Position numbers and translations under genes: made by a program
Notes under the pieces: generated by a model
Seen by the model: the letters and a program-made list of their open reading frames with translations, nothing else
What the model was told of the DNA's origin: nothing
Databases searched by the model: none
IMG/VR virus record: IMGVR_UViG_3300025102_000027
Coordinates: 1 to 61,299 of that record
Strand: one strand, 5' to 3'
Length of the DNA: 61,299 bases
DNA from: a virus
Lineage: Duplodnaviria; Caudoviricetes
Shown here: piece by piece, positions 48,906 to 58,200 of the stretch
Position numbering within the stretch: the stretch's first letter is position 1
How the letters are laid out: each line of letters begins with the position of its first letter

Positions 48906-50114
48906 ATGAGTTTAAAAGAAAAAGTAAAAAATGCTTTAAAATGGAAAAAGAATTCAGAGTATTGTGCAGAAAGATTAGGAATAACAGAAGAAGAATTTGA
49001 TAAAATAAAAAAAGAAATTTATGCAGAAGACAGAGAAAAAAGAAAAGAAGAAAGAGACATGGGATATGTTACAGATGATTGTACGTCATCATACAACATG
49101 GAAAGTGGCCAAGGAAAAATTACTGGAATCTCAAATACAGAACCTAAGTCTCCTGAAGAAATTATACAAATATTAAATATTGATACAACACAATGGAAGT
49201 TGTCACAATATTGGAATAAACAAATGTCAGATCACTGGCGTATATCAGCTTTAATTACAAAACTTAAAAATGATGATACAGCTCACATAGAGCAATTACT
49301 TAAAAATTGGAAACCAAAAAAATTCTCTCCAGTTAAAAGAATTAAAAGTGAAAGTAAAAAAGATGTATGTGCTGTATTATCATTACAAGATATACATTTT
49401 GGAAAACAAGGTAATGAAACTATAGATAAAGATTTTGAAGAGACTATTATGGATCTTGTAGAAAGAGCACATTCTAGTCATAATCTTAAAAAAATATATT
49501 ATGTAGTAGGAGGAGATCTAATGAACATGGATAGTTGGGCTGGTACTACTACAAGTGGTACTCCATTAGATAATTGCTCTACTGCTACTGAAGCTTATAC
49601 ACAAGCATTTGATGCAATATATTGGAGTATTAATTTTATAAAGCAATATTGTGACGATCTTCAAGTAGTATATATACCCGGTAATCATGATAGATTATCT
49701 TCATTTCACTTAACTCATGCTTTATCTAGAGCTATAGATAATCCTAATATACTTTGGGATGTAACATATCTTGAAAGAAAAGTTTATACATGGGGTGATA
49801 ACTTTTTTGCTTTTGAACACGGAGATGTAAATACTAAAAATTCTCTTTTACTTTATGCTACAGAGTTTCCACAACAATGGGGTATAACTAAAAATAGAAC
49901 TTTATTTACAGGTCATTTACATCATAAAAAGAAAGTAGAATATATTACTACAAATGAACGTACAGGTTTTATGTTAAAGATACTTCCAAGTCTTTCTAGA
50001 ACAGATTATTGGCATTATCATAATAAGTTTGTAGGATCTAAACGTTCTGGTGTTATAGAATTACATGACTATAATAAAGGTAATATATGTGAACTAACTT
50101 ATTCACCAGATTAA
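48906..50114 (+). CDS. Calcineurin-like metallophosphoesterase with N-terminal HTH
   Basis: DIHFG, GGDLMN, PGNHD, EHGD, TGHLHH; CAERLGIT at N-terminus. Confidence 0.85.
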   Translation: MSLKEKVKNALKWKKNSEYCAERLGITEEEFDKIKKEIYAEDREKRKEERDMGYVTDDCTSSYNMESGQGKITGISNTEPKSPEEIIQILNIDTTQWKLSQYWNKQMSDHWRISALITKLKNDDTAHIEQLLKNWKPKKFSPVKRIKSESKKDVCAVLSLQDIHFGKQGNETIDKDFEETIMDLVERAHSSHNLKKIYYVVGGDLMNMDSWAGTTTSGTPLDNCSTATEAYTQAFDAIYWSINFIKQYCDDLQVVYIPGNHDRLSSFHLTHALSRAIDNPNILWDVTYLERKVYTWGDNFFAFEHGDVNTKNSLLLYATEFPQQWGITKNRTLFTGHLHHKKKVEYITTNERTGFMLKILPSLSRTDYWHYHNKFVGSKRSGVIELHDYNKGNICELTYSPD

Positions 50115-50177
50115 TCTATTGGGTTTAAACTTTTATTAATCCCCTTTTTTTTGTAAATTATATTGTATAGTATTAAT

Positions 50178-50693
50178 ATGATAAGTAATTTTAAAGCTCC
50201 AAATTTAAAAGCACCAAGGTATAGAGAAAAAGTGCTAAGTTTATTAAATAGTGAACTTATAAAAGAATTTAAAGATAAGTATCCTATATATGAAAATATA
50301 AATGATGCAAAGCTTAAAAAAATTATTAGATTATACAATACAAAATTATGGGAAGAAGTTATAAATAGTAGAGAAGGTGTAGAATTACCTGATTCCCTAG
50401 GTTATTTATTTATAGGAACATGTCCTGCTGCAAAGAGTGTAAATACTAATTATTCTCTTTCAAGAGAATATGGTAAAGTTTTGCAAAACAGAAACTTACA
50501 AACAGATGGAAAGATTGCTAAAATATTCTATACAAATTACTCTACAAAGTATAGATTTAAAAATAGAGAATTATGGCAGTTTAAAGCTGTTAGACAATTT
50601 AAAAGATCTGTAGCTAAGACGTATCCTGAGCAGTGGCCCAAATATATTGTTATGGAAAACAAAAAAAGGGTTGCTGATATGTATAAAAAATAA
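50178..50693 (+). CDS. IHF/HU-like protein
   Basis: GVELPDSLGYLFI; probable start MISNF after promoter variant TTTTGTAAATTAT (50149-50161). Confidence 0.55.
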   Translation: MISNFKAPNLKAPRYREKVLSLLNSELIKEFKDKYPIYENINDAKLKKIIRLYNTKLWEEVINSREGVELPDSLGYLFIGTCPAAKSVNTNYSLSREYGKVLQNRNLQTDGKIAKIFYTNYSTKYRFKNRELWQFKAVRQFKRSVAKTYPEQWPKYIVMENKKRVADMYKK

Positions 50694-50704
50694 AATATAA
50701 TAAT

Positions 50705-51376
50705 ATGACAACAATAGGTGATGTTATATCTAGAGTTCGTGGTCAAATAAAAGCAGAATCTGAAGACGCTTTTGTCACTGATAGGTATCTTTACAGTTTA
50801 ATAAAGAAGTATGCTACATTATTAATGAGGAGACAAGATAGCTCTAATAAATTAATGAAGTTTAATAGTGTATGGCAAACTTTAGATTTTGTAGAATTAA
50901 TTGAAATAGATAAAATAGAATCTGATTGTTGTGGTATAAAAAGTGATTGTAAAATAAAAAGAACAAAAAATAAACTACCAATATTTTTGGAAGGATATTG
51001 GGGACCATTAATTAGAACTGTATCTTCTATTGATGGATCTAACGAATGTCAAGCAACTTCTCCTGGTACTTATAACTCAATGGCATTATCAACTAGTTTT
51101 AAATATAATAAAACTAAATATTTTTGGTGGTTAAATGACTATCTTTATTTACCTAATGTAGAATGGGATGCAATAAAGCTTGAAGGGATATTTGAAGGTG
51201 ATGTTTCAAAATTTAATTGTGATCCTTCAGATAATTGTATACCTAGACATTTTCAAAGATTTTTTGTACCTGAATTTCTTTTTGCAGAAATAGAACAACA
51301 GGTGCTGCAAGAAACATTTGCTACTATGAAAGTTCCTGCAGAAGATTCAGATAATAAAGTAAATATAAATAGATAA
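50705..51376 (+). CDS. Tail ring protein
   Basis: MTTIGDVISRVR..DRYLY..RTKNKLP; crAss-like tail synteny. Confidence 0.65.
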   Translation: MTTIGDVISRVRGQIKAESEDAFVTDRYLYSLIKKYATLLMRRQDSSNKLMKFNSVWQTLDFVELIEIDKIESDCCGIKSDCKIKRTKNKLPIFLEGYWGPLIRTVSSIDGSNECQATSPGTYNSMALSTSFKYNKTKYFWWLNDYLYLPNVEWDAIKLEGIFEGDVSKFNCDPSDNCIPRHFQRFFVPEFLFAEIEQQVLQETFATMKVPAEDSDNKVNINR

Positions 51377-52287
51377 TGGCTATATCACATAAATACAGAA
51401 CTTTTGATCAATTATTAGCAGATGTTAGTATTGATTTTCCTAGTCAATCTTTAGGTGGACATATGGAACCTCAACAATTAATTAAAGTTGCAACTAGAGT
51501 TAATTATGATTTGGGTTTAAGAATAAATAGAACTAAAGAAACTCTTTTGGAAGTTGAACATAATAAAGTTCAATTACCTTCAGATTTTAAATATTTAAAT
51601 TATGCATTTGTTTGTGATGAGTTTAAAATAGTAAATACATTTCCTTCTGGCACACACGTAGATACTACACAACCTACATATGTACCAGCTCCTGATGGTG
51701 GAGATACAGGTCCTTGTGAAGATCCCACATGTAAAGATGTATGTGTGGTTAATACATGCCCAACACAAGAAAATGGAGAAACTGTCTATAGTAATCAATA
51801 TATGGTTGTTCAATACATGGGTGCAGAACAATATAGAACTTCAACTAGATTTTATCCTCTTAGAATTAAAAATAGTACAGGAAGTATTCAATGTGATTGT
51901 CCAAATATAAATTCTCAAGCAGTAGATATTGCTGAAATTAAAGATGGATTTCTTTTAACTAATTTTGATTCTGGTAAAGTTTATTTAAATTATCAAGGAG
52001 CCATGGAAAATGAAGAAGGAGAATTATTAGTCCTTGATCATCCATACTGTAATGAATATTATGAATATGCATTAAAAGAAAGAATACTTGAAAATATGAT
52101 GTTTGATGGAGAAAATGTTTCACAGAAATTACAATACATGCAAGGTAAATTAAGAGCTGCAAGAAATAATGCATTAGGATTTATTAATACACCAGATTTT
52201 AAAGAATTACAAAAAATTTGGGAAGTTAATAGAAGAGCGCAGTATAGTAATTATTATGATATGTTTAAGAGCTATCCTACAAGATAA
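51376..52287 (+). CDS. Tail tubular/ring protein
   Basis: VQLPSDF, TNFDSGKVYLNYQG; precedes stabilisation protein. Confidence 0.65.
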   Translation: MAISHKYRTFDQLLADVSIDFPSQSLGGHMEPQQLIKVATRVNYDLGLRINRTKETLLEVEHNKVQLPSDFKYLNYAFVCDEFKIVNTFPSGTHVDTTQPTYVPAPDGGDTGPCEDPTCKDVCVVNTCPTQENGETVYSNQYMVVQYMGAEQYRTSTRFYPLRIKNSTGSIQCDCPNINSQAVDIAEIKDGFLLTNFDSGKVYLNYQGAMENEEGELLVLDHPYCNEYYEYALKERILENMMFDGENVSQKLQYMQGKLRAARNNALGFINTPDFKELQKIWEVNRRAQYSNYYDMFKSYPTR

Positions 52288-52297
52288 ATAATTTAAA

Positions 52298-55200
52298 ATG
52301 GCAAAAGAACAGAATCAAAGACCTAATTTTAATAATACCTCTAAAGTAGATACAGATCTATTTGTTAAAGGTATGATAAAAGATTCTCATGAAAGTTTTG
52401 TAGGACAAGAGAATTGGGTTAATGCAAGAAATGCAATTAATAATTCTGTAAGTGGAGACGCTGGTACTATTGGAAATGAACCCGCTAATTTAAGTTGCGC
52501 TAATGTATTATATACAATTATAGGTGCTGTTTATTTATTTGGAGATAAATGGATAATTTATTCAACAGATAACAACACAAGTGAAATAGGATTATTTGAT
52601 GATAGTCAATGTGAATATGATGTTTTAGTAAATGATACTTGTTTAAACTTTAATAAGTTTAATTTAATAACAGGAGCTTCTAAAGAAAATTATGATTGCA
52701 CATGGCAAATATATTGGGATGATGGATTAAATCCTTCTAGAACTCTTAATATAGGCCCTAAAGATAAAATTACAGAAAACTTACATATTCCATGGATACA
52801 AGAACAAGTTGAAGGTACAGGTACAGAAGATGAACCATGTGTTGAATATGTTGATGTTTTACCATTAAAGCTTAATTGTGATCTTATAAGGTTAGCACCT
52901 TTTATGAAAACTCCTAAACTATCTTTAGAAAAAGCAGATAGTCCAGGTCAATTAAAAAATGGATCTTATCAAGTTTATATTGCATATACAATAAATGAAC
53001 AACAAATAGGAGATTATATAGGAGTTTCAAATATACAACCTCTATTTGATGGAGATGACACTGCTTCATCTTTAGATATATTTATTGATGATTTAGATAA
53101 AAACTTTGAATTTTATAAAGTTGTATTGTTAATGAATAATCAGCAACAAACTCAAGCAATACAATTAGGTTTATATAGTACAGAACAATCAAAAATAAAT
53201 ATTGATTATATAAATCCAAATACAGCATCAGCTTCTCAAGTGCCTATTTCCACATTACCATTACGTACACCTGTTTATGAAAGATCTGATCAAATGGTAG
53301 TTCTTAATGATTATTTAATGAGAGTAGGTCCTACAACTCAATTTGATTTTAATTATCAACCTTTAGCAAATGAAATTACAGCTAGATGGGTTTCAGTAGA
53401 ATATCCTGCAACATATTATAAAAATGGAGGTAATAAACCATCATTTATGAGAGATGAACAATATACTTTCTTTATTAGATTTATATATAAAACAGGAGAT
53501 AAATCAACTTCTTATCATATACCAGGTAGAGCATATTTAACAGATAATCAAATTTTTGGAAATGAAAAAGGTGGAGCAGATAATAATAATGCTTTAAACA
53601 CAGATGAACAAGAATTATGGCAAACAACAAATACTGCTTTTGTAGATGAAATTGATGGCACAACTGTAACAGAAGATGGGGGTGTTATATTATCTAAAGG
53701 TCAAATGGGATATTGGGAGTCATCAGAAAAATATCCTTCAGAAGATCCTCATGGTAGATGGGGTGAATTATGTGGTCAAAATATTAGACATCATAAATTT
53801 CCTGAAGAACAAACAGATATAGATACGCTTAATAGGTCTAGTGCAAATAATCAAAATATACGTATACTAAGTGTAGAATTTGATAATATTGTATGGCCTG
53901 TTGATAATGATGGTGTAAGAATTCCTAATATTACAGGATATGAAATACTAGTGGGATCAAGACAAGGTAATAAATCTATTTTAGCAAAAGGTATTATTAG
54001 AAATATGAGATCATATCAAATACCTGCTGGTGGAAATTTTGGTGCAGATATAGATCCAGCATCTAATATAGTAGGACTAATGCCAAACTATCCATTTAAT
54101 AGTTGGAATGCAGATCCTTATTTAACAACACAAGCTCCAGATGGAACTGCACCAACTATTAGTAATGATCATGATTCTTTTCCTCATATATGTGGTAATA
54201 CAGGTGCTTTTCATGGAACTTGTACAAACTTTTATACATTTCATTCTCCTGAAACATCTTTTAATAGACCTTATTTAAATCCAGCAGAAGTTAAAAGTTA
54301 TGGATTAACTCAAGGATTTCAACAAGGACATTTTACAACTTCTGAAGAACATCCTAAGAATGTATTAATACGTGACTTTGCAGCTATTATAGCTGTATTA
54401 GTTGGTTGTGCTTATGCTATAGGTAAGATGCGTGGTAAAAGAACAACAGAATTGCATTCTAATACTTCAGTTCTACCAGGTGGAATAACCGCTGGAACAG
54501 CATTAATGATTCCTACTGAAACTGCTCTTACACTTTCTACAATTAACCCAGTTTTAGGACCTGGTCTGGGAGAAGAAGCATATATGGGTACTACTGCTGC
54601 AATATGGGAGGCAGAAGGTGCGCTTAACAATATAGGCATACCTCCAGCAGCTGGTCAACTTGGTGCAAAGAGAGTTATGGAATTTGAAGGTACAGATTGG
54701 AAAGCAGGGCCTAATGCTATATATGGTGTATTATCATTATTTGGATTTTTAAATTATGTAGTAGATGGTGGTCAAGTTATTATAGATTTAATTTATAATG
54801 CAGCAGGTGTAAATCAACATGCATATAAATATAATTCATATGGGTTGTATTCACAAACAGAAGCTAGACATGACGGTGATGTCTATAGAGGTAGAATTGA
54901 AAAAGCTAGATATGTTGGAAATGTAATTCAAGATTTTGGATCAACAGGTATAGGATTTAGTGCTAGAGTTAATAATTTATTTAGACCTTCAACAGTTGTA
55001 CTACAATCTTTAGGAAATCAAGGAGGTGCAATGTTAAGTGGTATACCTTCTGATAATTCTAAAGTAACACTAGGTGTAGCAGGACAGGCTGCATTAGATA
55101 ATCCAACTAGAGGTAATTGGACATCTCAAATTGGAGCACATTATGTTGGTCTTAAATTTGCTATGGATAATCAATATGGTCAACTAGATGGTATTAAACA

Positions 55201-58200
55201 AATACCTATATCTAAACCTCAAAACTGGTTAGATGAATTTGGTCATGAAGTTACAAATTTAACAGTTGAAGATAATCAAATATTTAAATCAGAACCTTTA
55301 TTTGGCGGTGATGTCTATATAAATAGATATAATGAAAAAGTTATAATGCCATTTTTCTGGCAATTCTTAAAAGGAGAACCAGATGAGTTTGGATTTCAAT
55401 ATCAAAATTATATGAATGTTCCATATACAAAATTTTATATGGATACTACAAAGTATGATTTAATTAATATGATTGCTCCTATAGCAGATTTTAGTTTTAG
55501 TTGGACTAATGGAGGGTTACCATCTACTATGCACAATATGGATAGAGATGCATCACAAATAGAGACGGGTGGTACTATTTCTGGATATGGACAATGGTCA
55601 ACATCAGGATATTTGGGTGGAACAAATAATAATTTCTTTGTTCTTAAAAGAGCATATATGTATACTCATAATAGTGGTGTAAATGATTTCTTTGTAGAGT
55701 CAGAATTAAATGTTGGATTAAGAGAACAAGGAGGTAATCAAAAAGAAAAGTTTTATGATTGGACTGAATATACAGATCTTAATTCTTTATTTCATTCAGA
55801 TATAATTAAAGATGGTAATTTTTATAAATATGATTTTTCATTAAGTAAGTATAATCTTACAAGTCAAATGATCACCCATGGTGCAATTCAAACTAGAGAT
55901 TATGATCCTTTTGTAGCTGAAACATGTTATGATTATTATCCTAAAAGAATACTATATTCAAATCAAGCGTTTAAAGAAGCTAAAAAAGATTTTTGGAGAG
56001 TATACCTACCAAATAATTATCAAGACTTTAAAAACGCTCCAACTACTATTAAACCTATATCTAAGTCAGGGGCATTAATATTATTTCCACATTTAGCACC
56101 TATATCATTTCAAGGAGTTGATACATTAACTACTGATTATAATACTAAACTTGTTATTGGTGATGGTGGCTTGTTTAATGATCCAATGCAACAAATTAGT
56201 ACAGCTGATCTTCCTCATGAATATGGATCTTGTGAAAATTCACGTAGTGTTATTAATACACCATCGGGTGTATTTTATATGTCACAAGCACAAGGTAAGA
56301 TATTTCAATATGGTCAAACTTTACAAAATATTGCAGATGCAGGAATGAAGCAATGGTTTAATAATTATTTACCTTCTAGATTATTAGCAGCATTTCCAGA
56401 AATAGAAGGAACTTCATTTGCAGATAATCCTATTATGGGTGTTGCTTGTCAATCTGTTTATGATCCTAATTATGATATAGTTTATTTTTGTAAAAAAGAT
56501 TATGAGCCTTGTAATGTAGATGAATGTATACAATTTGATCCAGAAATTCCTGGATTTATCAATCCATGTGAAAATCCACCTACACCAGAATGTCCTGAAG
56601 ATTATAATTTAGAGTGTCAAGGACAAGGAGATAATGAATTTTGTGAATGTTGTCCAGAATGTCCAGAAGGTACATTTGCATCTGTAGATGGTAGAGAGTG
56701 TTGCGAGTGGGTAACAACAGATCCTGAATACGAGTTACCTAGAGAAGGAGTAAATCCTATTGTAGGTGATGCTACAAGTTTATATTTAAATAATCCTGGG
56801 TTTGAACAACCATGTGGAGTTTATTGGTGTGAAAGTCCTGAGCTAAATCCTGATACTCAGTATTATAATCCAGTACTTGATATCAATAATCCTGCTTATG
56901 ATCAAGAAGATTATGAAAATTGGTTTAATGGCGCATATTGGAATCAAAATAATCCTCCCCCAATGAATGAACTTAGAGGATCAGTACCTGATGAATGGAT
57001 AGGATGTATGACAGATATGTGTCCTGCTGAAGGTGAAATTGGATGGACATCACCACAAACTACAGATATATTAGACGGTACTACTTTTTATTCTGTTTCT
57101 AGAACTTGTTGTGGTCTAATGCCTCATACAGGTAATACTTATTTAGGATTATTTTTTCAAGAGAATGGTGACGCTAATGGATACTGGAGAGAAGGTGCAA
57201 CTCAATTATTAAAAGATGAAGATGGTAATGAATCTCCTTTTGTAGCAGGTAATACATATGTAGGAGAAGTTGTATTAGCAGCAGATGGAACTTTTAATAG
57301 ACATCCAGGCCAAGGAAATCCTTATTTAACACTGAGTGATGATAACCCATTTTTTGAACTATTTGATGAGAATGGTAATGCTCATTGTCAAAGAGGAGGT
57401 TTTCCAGGTACGGCAATATTACCAGCTTCAAGTTCTAATGATAGTTATCAAGCACAATACTGTGTTGATTGCGGACTACCTGGACAACCATATGTAAATA
57501 ATAGACCAGAGTTGCAAATATATGGAAGTATGGATCCATGTATGAGTGAAAGTGGAGCATGGTGTGATGCTTTTGCTTGGGTAGACGATTCAGAAATGGG
57601 TGACAATGGAGGAATGGTAAATGGACAACAATACATTGGTGATCCTGAAGACGCTGAATTACTTTGGCGTTCAGGAGATATTTCAAATGGTGGTACAGAT
57701 TACCACCATCTTACTGGTTGGAAAGAATATGCTTATACATTAAATCCAACTAGACCATGGAAATATTTTACATTTATAATAAATTCATTACCCGGTGACA
57801 TATATTTTAACAGCCTTGGTGTTTCTTTGGATAGACCACCAGTTAATGCTTATTTATGTTTAGATAGTTTAACACCCCCTAGGATTGAAGATCCAGGAGG
57901 ATATTGCAGGTGTGATGAAGTAACAGAAGATGGTGTTCCATATACTCTTGTGTTTGATGACGGTATATATGAAACACCTGCTTCAGAAGATGATTGCCTT
58001 AATTATTTAGTAACAGGAGAAGGTTTACCTACAACATGTGTTGCACAAGCATGTGAACCTATTGAATGTATAGAACCCACACTTATACAAACACCTATTG
58101 ATATAACTGATAGCCCTTATTTTAATGATATATCATGGACAGTAAGTTATGATCCAAAAATAAAAGGATGGATATCATTCCATGATTGGCATCCTGAACT

